The notes beneath the pieces were generated by a model. The model was not told where the DNA came from and ran no database searches. It saw only the letters and a list, made by a program, of their open reading frames with translations. From positions 1 to 60,771 of the IMG/VR virus record IMGVR_UViG_3300017773_000008: a stretch of 60,771 nucleotides of DNA; one strand, 5' to 3'. A program made the translations under genes and the position numbers. Of this stretch, positions 48,362 to 56,832 are shown piece by piece (the stretch's first letter is position 1; the number at the start of each line of letters is the position of its first letter). Source of the DNA: a virus (lineage: Duplodnaviria > Caudoviricetes).

Positions 48362-48862
48362 TTACACCATCTTACACTTTCTTATGCCTTTTCTAGCAAT
48401 GCCTGCCCCTCGAACTTTACCACCTTTTTTAAAATTTCTTTTTAACGTCCCTCTGCCAGCATATGGGCCTTCATATTCTTCTTGGTAGTTAGTCATACCT
48501 CTACCTGGGGTTAACCCACCCATACCTGGTTCTATGGCTCGTGGATCTATATTAAACCTTCTACTTCTCATTAATTCATTGGGATCTTTTTTCTCATATA
48601 TCATACGCTGAACTTCAGCAAAATCATCACCAATTTTATCATCTTTTTTTTCTGCTTGTTGTAGTTTTTTCAAATACGTTTTTGGAAATTTCATAGGATC
48701 CCCATATTTATCTTTACGCATTTTATCAAGCAATGCTAATTCTTCTTTAGTTTCAAGAATACCGCTTTTATCTAAATCCGACTTGTTTCCAAGCCTAGCG
48801 GCTGCTTCAGCTTCAATAATTCTTTCGGCTAAAGATTTTTTCTTTTTATTCTTCTCAACCAT
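48362..48862 (-). CDS. Hypothetical protein with a basic C-terminal tag
   Basis: Ends FKKGGKVRGAGIARKGIRKCKMV. Confidence 0.65.
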   Translation of the reverse strand: MVEKNKKKKSLAERIIEAEAAARLGNKSDLDKSGILETKEELALLDKMRKDKYGDPMKFPKTYLKKLQQAEKKDDKIGDDFAEVQRMIYEKKDPNELMRSRRFNIDPRAIEPGMGGLTPGRGMTNYQEEYEGPYAGRGTLKRNFKKGGKVRGAGIARKGIRKCKMV

Positions 48863-48872
48863 TTCTTAGCTC

Positions 48873-49259
48873 CTATATACTAAAATACCCTTTAAAATAG
48901 CCATCGACCTGCTCTAATAGGTCACCTTTAGACTTACGCCTGTCTAACTCTATACCATGTTCTCTCATAAGAGCTTCTAACTGTGCTTTGGTCATGCTTC
49001 CATAATCAGGCACGTCACTAGATTCTTCTACTCCCTCAATAACTTCTTCTACTTCTTCGATAACTGCTTCTACTTCTTCAATTATCTCTTCTGCTTCTTC
49101 AACAGGAGCTGCTTCAGCTTCAACCCCAGATATCATTGCTAGTGCCTCTGCTTCGGTAAATATAGTAGTTTTTACAAGTTTATCGTTTTCGTCCACAACA
49201 TTATAAACAGGGTTGTCGTGAACATCCGTACCTACTTGAACCATTTTTAAATGCGCCAT
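48873..49259 (-). CDS. Acidic protein with a C-terminal Rho-N/HeH-like domain
   Basis: YGSMTKAQLEALMREHGIELDRRKSKGDLL. Confidence 0.6.
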   Translation of the reverse strand: MAHLKMVQVGTDVHDNPVYNVVDENDKLVKTTIFTEAEALAMISGVEAEAAPVEEAEEIIEEVEAVIEEVEEVIEGVEESSDVPDYGSMTKAQLEALMREHGIELDRRKSKGDLLEQVDGYFKGYFSI

Positions 49260-49269
49260 AATTATCTCC

Positions 49270-49524
49270 TTATGTATATAAAGTCTTTTTGCGTCTGTTT
49301 TCCATTATAGCACCACAACCTCGTGCTACGCTCCTCTTACGTCTAGCAAGACCACCACGGCTAAAGTTATCGTCACCTATTTTCATGGTTTCTCCCCTAC
49401 CCTTACCTGTTTTTACTAAGTCTCTTCTACCTTTATTTATAAGGAATTGAGCTTCACTCATACTATCAGAAGCAGAACCCTCATAGTACTCCTCTAATAA
49501 TTCTTCTAAAGTTTCTTCAGCCAT
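49270..49524 (-). CDS. Small hypothetical protein
   Basis: Ends FSRGGLARRKRSVARGCGAIMENRRKKT. Confidence 0.6.
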   Translation of the reverse strand: MAEETLEELLEEYYEGSASDSMSEAQFLINKGRRDLVKTGKGRGETMKIGDDNFSRGGLARRKRSVARGCGAIMENRRKKTLYT

Positions 49525-49792
49525 GTCTTCTTCTCCTTGCAAGCCCGCCTACACGCATTTTTACTGTAGCAGGTTTTGTATTTTTTACTACTGTTTTCCC
49601 TTTTGCTCCAGCCCGTTTCTTTTTCTTAGCAGTGGAGGCCCTCTGCGATTGGCTTAAACTACTGGCTTTACTTCTTGGCAGACACCTGTCTGGGTTCTTT
49701 TTATCTTTAGAAGTCCCACACTTGCCTTTAATTTTGCCGTCCGTACCAATACGAACCCAGTCTTGTTTAACCCAATCTTTAAGAGCGCCCAT
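49517..49792 (-). CDS. Small basic protein
   Basis: LKDWVKQDWV...CG...RCLP..KA. Confidence 0.7.
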   Translation of the reverse strand: MGALKDWVKQDWVRIGTDGKIKGKCGTSKDKKNPDRCLPRSKASSLSQSQRASTAKKKKRAGAKGKTVVKNTKPATVKMRVGGLARRRRHG

Positions 49793-49956
49793 TACTTTTT
49801 CTTCTTCCCTTTAGCCCCTTTTGCATAGTTAGGGTCTTTGCAGTATTTAGAAGCAGCCATATTAGCATAAGCACTGGGATACGTATCGAAAGTGCGTTTT
49901 GCCCACGCTTTACCTGATGGGCAAATTTTACCACCTTTTTTATAATACCTACGCAT
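49792..49956 (-). CDS. Small basic protein (54 aa)
   Basis: Manual translation MRRYYKKGGKICPSGKAWAKRTFDTYPSAYANMAASKYCKDPNYAKGAKGKKKK; TAATG-coupled to the downstream gene. Confidence 0.7.
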   Translation of the reverse strand: MRRYYKKGGKICPSGKAWAKRTFDTYPSAYANMAASKYCKDPNYAKGAKGKKKK

Positions 49957-49958
49957 AA

Positions 49959-50414
49959 CTACCTCATTTTAGTGGGTCTTACACCTTTTTTGGCTATACC
50001 TGAACCACGAACCTTGGCTTTACCTTTTGCCATGCTCTTAGCTTTACCGCCATTTGCCATACCTTTTTTGACCATCTTACCAGCAGCGTAACTTTTTTTC
50101 TTCATCATACCGCCACCAGACATCATTTTAAAATCTTCTCTAGAAATCTTACCATCTTTATTTTTATCTAGTTTAGCCTGATCTCCAACAAGTTTACCTT
50201 TAGAGTAACCTTTCTTAGTCTTACCGCCAGCCATCATTTTCTTAACTTGTTTACCTTTTGCCATACCTTTTTTAACCATCTTGCCAGCAGCCATGCCTTT
50301 TGCCATGCCTTTCTTCTTTACCATTTTACCAGCAGCCATCTTACCTTTACCATCTGCGGCAAATTCAGGAACCATTTTCCCGTCTTTATCCTTAACCATC
50401 TTCATTTTTGCCAT
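49959..50414 (-). CDS. Lys/Met/Gly-rich repeat protein with an EF-hand-like loop and C-terminal tag
   Basis: Start MAKMKMVK after an AGGAG-like RBS; repeated MAxG(K/G) units, LDKNKDGKISREDF, ends VRGSGIAKKGVRPTKMR. Confidence 0.7.
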   Translation of the reverse strand: MAKMKMVKDKDGKMVPEFAADGKGKMAAGKMVKKKGMAKGMAAGKMVKKGMAKGKQVKKMMAGGKTKKGYSKGKLVGDQAKLDKNKDGKISREDFKMMSGGGMMKKKSYAAGKMVKKGMANGGKAKSMAKGKAKVRGSGIAKKGVRPTKMR

Positions 50415-51093
50415 CTTCTTGCTCCTCTTTATATAGATTATTAAAAACACGTTGAGTGTCCCAAACGTATTCGTGATCCTGTTTGGAATGAAAAATATTT
50501 TGATTCGGTCTAAAGTCTGGTGCGCCTTCTCCAGTTTCAAACCACGCAGGGTGTGTAACACGAACCCGATTGTTTGGTAAAGCAACTATGTTACCTGTGT
50601 ATTCTCCTGCGTCTAACAACTCAAGAACATGACTTTGTTTATGTTGGGCAGGATCATCTGCTACTTCACTGTTTGTATAATCAACAGTAAAATAGTATTT
50701 TGCAGGGTAGAACTCTCCATCGACTTTGGCTATCCAAGGAGCAGGAGTTGCTCTGTTTAATACGTAAACTGAGTGGTCGTGTGACATACAATCCCAAGGT
50801 TGTGTCACATGTGTTGGCATGGGTGTAGGCCATTCTTCATAAAACACATCAGCAACTAAAGCAGTTATAGGCATTCTTGCCCACATAGCGCCACCATGAA
50901 CGTTTGGTTCGTCCGTATCATCAGACTCACAGCCAGTAAAAACTACTTGAAAACTGAGACATCTATTCGGCATTGTTGTTACTGCAATCACCATAGCGTG
51001 CAAAAACTCTCCTTGGTAGTCCATAAAATTCTTTGTATATTCTCTTCTTATCCATGCTTTAAAATACGGTATATTACTTTGTAGATACGCCAT
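50392..51093 (-). CDS. Conserved phage protein of unknown function
   Basis: 233 aa; GAMWARMPI, YYFTVDY, QHKQSHVL, ALPNNRVR. Confidence 0.75.
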   Translation of the reverse strand: MAYLQSNIPYFKAWIRREYTKNFMDYQGEFLHAMVIAVTTMPNRCLSFQVVFTGCESDDTDEPNVHGGAMWARMPITALVADVFYEEWPTPMPTHVTQPWDCMSHDHSVYVLNRATPAPWIAKVDGEFYPAKYYFTVDYTNSEVADDPAQHKQSHVLELLDAGEYTGNIVALPNNRVRVTHPAWFETGEGAPDFRPNQNIFHSKQDHEYVWDTQRVFNNLYKEEQEDGKNEDG

Positions 51094-51205
51094 CCTTCTT
51101 TTCTCTCTCCTTTGCAGCTGCCCGTTTCCTCTTCTGGGAAAGCCTTGAGGCTTTATTGGGCGGGTTTTTAATTTGAGTTGCCATCTGTGCGCGAGTTATT
51201 GCCAT
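51074..51205 (-). CDS. 43-aa basic peptide with an MCP-like N-terminus
   Basis: Manual translation MAITRAQMATQIKNPPNKASRLSQKRKRAAAKEREKKDGVSTK. Confidence 0.55.
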   Translation of the reverse strand: MAITRAQMATQIKNPPNKASRLSQKRKRAAAKEREKKDGVSTK

Positions 51206-51520
51206 CTAGCATCTCCATCTTCTTCTTGCTTGTCGTAAACGACTATTTGGATCTTTTGCAGCTTTTGGGAATTTTTTCATTTGCCCTGCACTTCTAGCGC
51301 AATATGACTTTCTTCTAGACGCTCTTTTACCCGTAGGTTTCTTTTCAGTAACCGCAGTCTTTAACTTAGACCCAGGATTGTTTCTTCTATACTTAGCAAC
51401 GCCTTTAGCAGTCATACCTGCACCAGATTTAGTGGGTCGCTTGTCCCCACTTTTAATAGACATACCCTTCATGCCCGTATCTTTACGGACTTTACGTCCC
51501 TTCTTGTAGTATTCACGCAT
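51206..51520 (-). CDS. Small basic protein
   Basis: GMTAKGVAKYRR.NPGSKL...RRKSYCARS...DPNSR...RRWRC. Confidence 0.75.
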   Translation of the reverse strand: MREYYKKGRKVRKDTGMKGMSIKSGDKRPTKSGAGMTAKGVAKYRRNNPGSKLKTAVTEKKPTGKRASRRKSYCARSAGQMKKFPKAAKDPNSRLRQARRRWRC

Positions 51521-52115
51521 GAAAAATTGTTATCATATCAGCAACATCTAAAGTGTATTTGATAGATAAACCGTTGGTAAATACAACACCTTCTGAGGGT
51601 ATAGTTCTGTCAATAACCGTGTTAGCCGTTCCTATAGTTCGTGACTTAAACAGTGTTGTGCCATCCTCTGGCGCACCGTTTATAAACTCGACATCTCCTG
51701 CTGTGCCACCAGAAGTTATAGACATACCTTTTAATCGTACTCTATTACTTCCAAGTACGGCTTGAGCGCAAAGTGTGCCTGAACCTACTTTTATATTAGC
51801 CGCATATTGTGCAGAACACTCTACAGCGGTTACAGTTAAAAACAGACTTGTCCCTGCAACTGCTTCGGCAGAACTTGTAGAAGTAATAACCTCTGTCATT
51901 GCATCTCCAAACACATCTGTGCCTGTAATAGTGCAAGTTTTAGCATTATCTCCTGTGCCTGTGGTTGTAACTATAACATTTCTAGCTGCACCGCCAGCAA
52001 AAGTAGTATTAGCCATTGTTGCAGAAGTATCAGGTCTAGCCGCAGTGACTAGCCTATCGTCATCAGAAGCATTCTCATCGTTTATGGTAAGCGCTTGTAC
52101 GTCTGAAAGTCCCAT
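51513..52115 (-). CDS. Virion structural protein
   Basis: 200 aa, Thr/Gly-rich; AGGAG RBS. Confidence 0.65.
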   Translation of the reverse strand: MGLSDVQALTINDENASDDDRLVTAARPDTSATMANTTFAGGAARNVIVTTTGTGDNAKTCTITGTDVFGDAMTEVITSTSSAEAVAGTSLFLTVTAVECSAQYAANIKVGSGTLCAQAVLGSNRVRLKGMSITSGGTAGDVEFINGAPEDGTTLFKSRTIGTANTVIDRTIPSEGVVFTNGLSIKYTLDVADMITIFHA

Positions 52116-52162
52116 ATTAATCTCCTATTTTGGGAAGTGGGGCTTTCACCCCACCTGATTAA

Positions 52163-53068
52163 TTAGATTTGTAAATTCATCCAAACAAGAGAATATTCCG
52201 TAGTGGCATTAACAACCATAACTTGACCAATATTAACAAGTGTTGACCCTGAACTTGGCTCAACAGCTCCTGCTGTAGAATCTGATCTCATACAGTTATG
52301 TCCAAGAACCAAAGTTCCTTCTGTCAACAACGCCTGTGGACCTGCTACTGTAAGCCAACCATAATAATCGGCTGTCATATCAATAAGAGTCGCCCCAACT
52401 ATAGCACCTGCTTCTGCTGTAGGAGCAACAACAACTTGCGAATATGGGTTATGGATTAAAGAAAGTTGAGAGCTTGTGGTCAATGCAGTCACTAATGGAT
52501 CATAAGTTGTTATAACAACACTAGGATCGTCTGAATGGTCATGTGCAGGGTTAGATTTTACCCTCATTGTCTGACCTTCACCATTAACGTCATTTACATA
52601 AAGATATCCATCTGCATACTCATTTAGTGTTAGATCATTACCACCTGTTTCAACTGAAATAGCGGTTTCACCAGCACTTACTGCAGCGGTTGCGGTCATG
52701 TTTAAATGATTTGAATCTTGAGCTTGGTGTGCAACAAGTTTTCCCGCTGTAATACCAGAACCGCCATTCAAGCCATAACGATACACATTATTACCATACA
52801 CAAGCATAGCACCCAAAGGAAATAGCTGTGTTGAACTTTCTGCGTAAGGGTTTACAGTTCCGTACTGACTACCACCTTTGCCGACAATCAGATCGGCAGG
52901 GCCATAACCTGTAGCGGCTGCGTACTGTAAGTGGCCTCCTGCTGTATTAGTTACATTTCCTGAAGAATTAACTGTAAAATTATTAGTAAAAGCGCCTATA
53001 GCACTCTTAGTAACTTGTATAAATCCGTTTTCGGCACGGACTGACCCATTAAATGTTGTATTAGCCAT
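52163..53068 (-). CDS. Putative capsid decoration/fibre protein
   Basis: MANTTFNGSVRAENGF; directly downstream of the MCP. Confidence 0.6.
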   Translation of the reverse strand: MANTTFNGSVRAENGFIQVTKSAIGAFTNNFTVNSSGNVTNTAGGHLQYAAATGYGPADLIVGKGGSQYGTVNPYAESSTQLFPLGAMLVYGNNVYRYGLNGGSGITAGKLVAHQAQDSNHLNMTATAAVSAGETAISVETGGNDLTLNEYADGYLYVNDVNGEGQTMRVKSNPAHDHSDDPSVVITTYDPLVTALTTSSQLSLIHNPYSQVVVAPTAEAGAIVGATLIDMTADYYGWLTVAGPQALLTEGTLVLGHNCMRSDSTAGAVEPSSGSTLVNIGQVMVVNATTEYSLVWMNLQI

Positions 53069-53136
53069 GTTAATCTCCTTGTCTTGGCTACTGTCAGCTA
53101 CACCATGTAACTGTCAAGGTTAATTTAGTATAAAGT

Positions 53137-53166
53137 AAAAAGGGGCAACCCGCAAGTCGCCCCCTT
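53137..53166 (-). terminator. Rho-independent terminator after the MCP
   Basis: Minus strand AGGGGGCGAC-TTGC-GGGTTGCCCCT-TTTT. Confidence 0.7.
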
Positions 53167-53173
53167 AATTTTT

Positions 53174-54082
53174 TTAAGCTCCTGGTGAGCCAAAGATCCC
53201 TAGTGGATCTGATACACCGAAAGAGTATCTCTCTCTAGCCTTATATCTGCTATTACCTGTATCAAAGTCAGCATCCATAGATGTTGCCATTGGGCTACGT
53301 GTAAAGTGTTTAAGACCGTTAGGTACATCTGTCATCAAGAACCATGCGTCTGTGTCGGTCAAATAGTGATTAACCGCGAACCCTTCAGGAACAGAACTCA
53401 TGCTGCGAATCGCATTGAGGTCGTTATCTGCAGTTGCCACTCTTCCTTCAGTCTGGAGCAAACGAGTTGCCACAAATTGTAGGTCAGAAGGAATAACCAA
53501 CTTACGAGCTTTTGCCGCAATAAGAAGCCCTCGCTCGTCTGTCCAGTTTCCAATCTGAATGATAGCTGCTTCTAAAGAAGTTTCGTTTAGATCAGCTGCA
53601 GTTGCAGGTTCGTTAGAGTTAGTTCCGCCTGAAACTAATGGGTGTGCAGTAGAACAAAGCTCCACTCCATCTCCATAAGTTGTGCCAGAATCAAAAGCAT
53701 TGTTCAAAATAGAAGCTGCTTTAACCTGTTTTGTGTACGCCATAGCACGAGCAAGCGCTTTAGTATAACGAGATGATAAAGAATCATACAAGTTATCCTC
53801 AATAGCCTCTTCAGTAATTGAAAAGCCCATTGCGATTGTCTCATGGTTGTAGCGAGCTGTGAAAGCCTCTTGAGCATTGTCGTATTCGATGGCAGAGCCT
53901 TCGTCTTTGACTGGTGCTGCGGAGAAGCCTGATAGCTTAGTCTCTTCTTCAAAAGAACGATCAGAAGTTTCTGCTTCAAAAATTTCTGCATGTTCCTCAC
54001 CGTACTTTGCATACTCTAAACCGAATAATGCGTTCAAGCCAGGAAGTAGTTCTTTAAGGAGTTGTGCGCGTGAAATAGCCAT
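53174..54082 (-). CDS. Major capsid protein
   Basis: 302 aa; MAISRAQLLKELLPGLNALFG...RYKARERYSFG.SDP, typical of MCPs in this phage type; strong RBS and downstream terminator. Confidence 0.88.
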   Translation of the reverse strand: MAISRAQLLKELLPGLNALFGLEYAKYGEEHAEIFEAETSDRSFEEETKLSGFSAAPVKDEGSAIEYDNAQEAFTARYNHETIAMGFSITEEAIEDNLYDSLSSRYTKALARAMAYTKQVKAASILNNAFDSGTTYGDGVELCSTAHPLVSGGTNSNEPATAADLNETSLEAAIIQIGNWTDERGLLIAAKARKLVIPSDLQFVATRLLQTEGRVATADNDLNAIRSMSSVPEGFAVNHYLTDTDAWFLMTDVPNGLKHFTRSPMATSMDADFDTGNSRYKARERYSFGVSDPLGIFGSPGA

Positions 54083-54094
54083 TATTTATCTCCT

Positions 54095-54730
54095 CTATAT
54101 GCCAACTGGATTACGATAGGCATGTCCACCAATGAACACGTTACTACCATTATCAGTATGTGTGCTAAATATAACTAGCAGTTCTTGAAAGGTATCGCTT
54201 CCAGTCGCTGTGCTATCAACTACATCAATAATATGAAGTGGCAATGTAGAAGTTGTAGCTACACTATTATTAGCAGCTAACTTCGAACTTCCATTAGTAG
54301 TATTTAGTGTATTACTAATGAGAGCTGTTTTATTACCAATCACAGTTCTTCCCAATGTTGCCATTGTTGTACCTGAAGAGCATATAGCTACTTTCATTAT
54401 CAAGTCAGGGTCATCAGCCACAAACGCATGAATATCACTAGCAACAATGCTGGCAGGATATTGATTGTTAAATGTTAACTGACTCGTATTTGGGTCAGTA
54501 TACTGACATCCCATGAAGACACCTAATGTGCCAGTAGCTGGTAACGCTGATGTACTTCCATCACGCTCAATAGTTCCGTCATTTACACGCTTTACTAAAT
54601 CGCCTTTTCCAATAGCTGTGCCGTAGTTACTAGCTATTTTCATTTGTCGAGTAGCACCTGTGTAAGGACGACCACCAATCAAGCCAACGGGAATAAGCCC
54701 ATAAGGGGCATCTATAGTTGGATAAGCCAT
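54095..54730 (-). CDS. Capsid-associated structural protein
   Basis: MAYPTIDAPYGL.PV...GVFMGC.YTDP...DDPD; immediately upstream of the MCP. Confidence 0.65.
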   Translation of the reverse strand: MAYPTIDAPYGLIPVGLIGGRPYTGATRQMKIASNYGTAIGKGDLVKRVNDGTIERDGSTSALPATGTLGVFMGCQYTDPNTSQLTFNNQYPASIVASDIHAFVADDPDLIMKVAICSSGTTMATLGRTVIGNKTALISNTLNTTNGSSKLAANNSVATTSTLPLHIIDVVDSTATGSDTFQELLVIFSTHTDNGSNVFIGGHAYRNPVGI

Positions 54731-54753
54731 ATCCAATTCTCCTTTGATCTATA

Positions 54754-55203
54754 TTAATTGCCTTTTCCAAAAGTAACCTTAGATTTCCTGTCGTGAAACA
54801 AGGGCATTCTAGGGTCGTTCTCTCGCATGAGGTTGTTGTCTACAGAATGTATTTGATTGTCCGTTTGCTGTTTGTAGTAATCGGTACGCTCTTCTACTAA
54901 TTCCTGCGGAGCCTTACACAGCATTAAACCACCAATAATAACGTTATCTTTAAAGTTTTCATTCTCTATAGTAACTAATGTTATTTCTGGATGATCTGTT
55001 GCTTTTACAGGTTCCCAACCTTCACGTAATTTTGAAGAAACATTCGTGGGGTCAATCTGTCCTTGATTACTTGTCCGTATCCAACGGTAGGCGTATCCAG
55101 CTTCGGGTGTCGGTGAAGGTAAAACTTCAGGACGTTGCCAAGACTTTTTACGTGGTGTTTTCTCACGGGTTTCAAGTTCTCTGTTTATTCGATTTTCAGC
55201 CAT
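54754..55203 (-). CDS. Conserved head-module protein
   Basis: YRWIR...SKLREGWEPV...GGLMLCK. Confidence 0.7.
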   Translation of the reverse strand: MAENRINRELETREKTPRKKSWQRPEVLPSPTPEAGYAYRWIRTSNQGQIDPTNVSSKLREGWEPVKATDHPEITLVTIENENFKDNVIIGGLMLCKAPQELVEERTDYYKQQTDNQIHSVDNNLMRENDPRMPLFHDRKSKVTFGKGN

Positions 55204-56257
55204 TTTCTTTCCTCATTTCTTCTGCAACCTTTTGGGCGTATAATTCTATCGGCACTCCTAGCCTTTTCGCTATAGCTACCTGTGTTTGCGTTAATTTCAC
55301 CTTCTTAGGTGCTGTGCTCCGCGTAGCGGGTGCAACCACATTCGCTTGTCGTTTTGGCTTTTCAGCCTCTGGTTTTGCAATTTCTTCCTCAAAATTCTCT
55401 GGGAAGACTTGCCGCATACGAGTATTTATTGCCTCGTAGTATTCATCACTCTGCAGGTTTACACCTTGCTTCGAGAGTTTATTATGTAGGCCCAGTGCCA
55501 GACTTGTCATTTCATCATCTGTACCGAACCAAGTATTCTTTTTAGCCCAATCAACTGCCCGTTGATCTGTTACGGGTGCTGGATTTTGAACTACTTCTTT
55601 TTGTTGTATAGGAGTTTCTTTTTCCTGTAAAGCAGGGATTTTAAAATTATTTAACTTATCAGTCTTAATCTTAGCAGCGGTTAAACTTTCCTGTGCTGTA
55701 ACAACAGCATCTGCATCTCCAGCTTCATACGCTGTTTTATATGCTTTTTTAGCCTGTTCAAGCTCTACAGTTGCTGTTTTCTTTGCTTGTTCAAGCAGTG
55801 CTGTCTGGTTCTTGTTAACACTACCTTTTAGTTTATTATTCTCTTCTTGAACAGATTTAACATACCGTTCTAGTTCTTCTCTTTCCCTGAACGCTGTTTC
55901 TTTTGCCCTTCTTTCATCGTGGTAGCCTTTACTGAAGTGCTGAATACGTTTACGAACTTTTTCGGAATAATCACCAAGTTCTTCATCAGTAAGGTCTTCT
56001 GGAGGCTCAGAAGGTTTACGATTTCGGTCAGCTTTTGGCGTATCATTGACAACTTCAACTTCAACTCCACTCTCAGCCTCAACCTTTTCGACTCTTTTAT
56101 CTTCTGGCTCGCTAACTTTTTGTTCATCTTTTAGACTTTCTTTTTTATCTTTATCACTCGATACATCAATTTCTACTGCACTTGAGTTTTCAACTTCAAT
56201 ATCTGTTTTATCATCCTGCTCATCAGGAAAACTATATTCTACTTTCTGCATTGCCAT
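55196..56257 (-). CDS. Probable scaffolding protein
   Basis: Acidic N-terminus, long coiled coil, C-terminal VKLT.TQVAIAKRLGV; lies between portal and MCP. Confidence 0.7.
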   Translation of the reverse strand: MAMQKVEYSFPDEQDDKTDIEVENSSAVEIDVSSDKDKKESLKDEQKVSEPEDKRVEKVEAESGVEVEVVNDTPKADRNRKPSEPPEDLTDEELGDYSEKVRKRIQHFSKGYHDERRAKETAFREREELERYVKSVQEENNKLKGSVNKNQTALLEQAKKTATVELEQAKKAYKTAYEAGDADAVVTAQESLTAAKIKTDKLNNFKIPALQEKETPIQQKEVVQNPAPVTDQRAVDWAKKNTWFGTDDEMTSLALGLHNKLSKQGVNLQSDEYYEAINTRMRQVFPENFEEEIAKPEAEKPKRQANVVAPATRSTAPKKVKLTQTQVAIAKRLGVPIELYAQKVAEEMRKENG

Positions 56258-56267
56258 TTTGTATTCC

Positions 56268-56648
56268 TTAAACTGCTCTCGCTACACCGCGAGGATCTGT
56301 TACAACGGCTTCAACCGAATCATCATTCATAAGTCGGTATTCTTTTCCGTCTATCTTAAATCGCGTGCCACTATTAGCACGAAACATTACGTAGTCGCCT
56401 ATCTTGCACCAAGGAGTATCTCCAAACCTATCTGTATCTTGATACGCTTGACCCCCCATATCCACAACAAGACCTATTATAGACATAATATGCTCATTAC
56501 GCATTTCTGTTGTTGTTTTTAAAACTTTAGTATTCTCATAAGTTTCTTCAATTTCAGGTAATGCTACAAGCACCCTATATCCTACAGGTTGTGGTAGTTG
56601 CACTTCTAGTTGTTCGTCTGTTAGTTTTATTACTTCAGTCATCATCAC
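56268..56648 (-). CDS. groES: GroES-like co-chaperonin
   Basis: PVGYRVLV...GLVVDMG...KIGDYVMF...GT.FKIDGKEYRLMNDDSVEAVV. Confidence 0.85.
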   Translation of the reverse strand: MMMTEVIKLTDEQLEVQLPQPVGYRVLVALPEIEETYENTKVLKTTTEMRNEHIMSIIGLVVDMGGQAYQDTDRFGDTPWCKIGDYVMFRANSGTRFKIDGKEYRLMNDDSVEAVVTDPRGVARAV

Positions 56649-56832
56649 TTTCCATATAATTGCGCGAGAGGTCTTGTATGTGAGACAGACCAGCTTCTAG
56701 ACCCCGTATCAAGCCAGTCGTTTCCTTGTATTGAGAGAAATCTTTTGCTCCCCCTCCAGCAAGAAAATCTTTTGCAGAAACTATATCAGTTTCGATTCTT
56801 TCTTTAAGCACGTCAAAGACGGTTTTAGCCAT
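56635..56832 (-). CDS. Small conserved protein
   Basis: 65 aa; G.AKDFSQYK...GLIRGL; coupled to the portal. Confidence 0.7.
   Translation of the reverse strand: MAKTVFDVLKERIETDIVSAKDFLAGGGAKDFSQYKETTGLIRGLEAGLSHIQDLSRNYMESDDD

Noticed and set aside
52137-52154. Terminator after ORF 52163 (GTGGGGT-GAAA-GCCCCAC hairpin)
   Set aside because: Good hairpin but no U tract on the coding strand; may be a stability element, so it was not called
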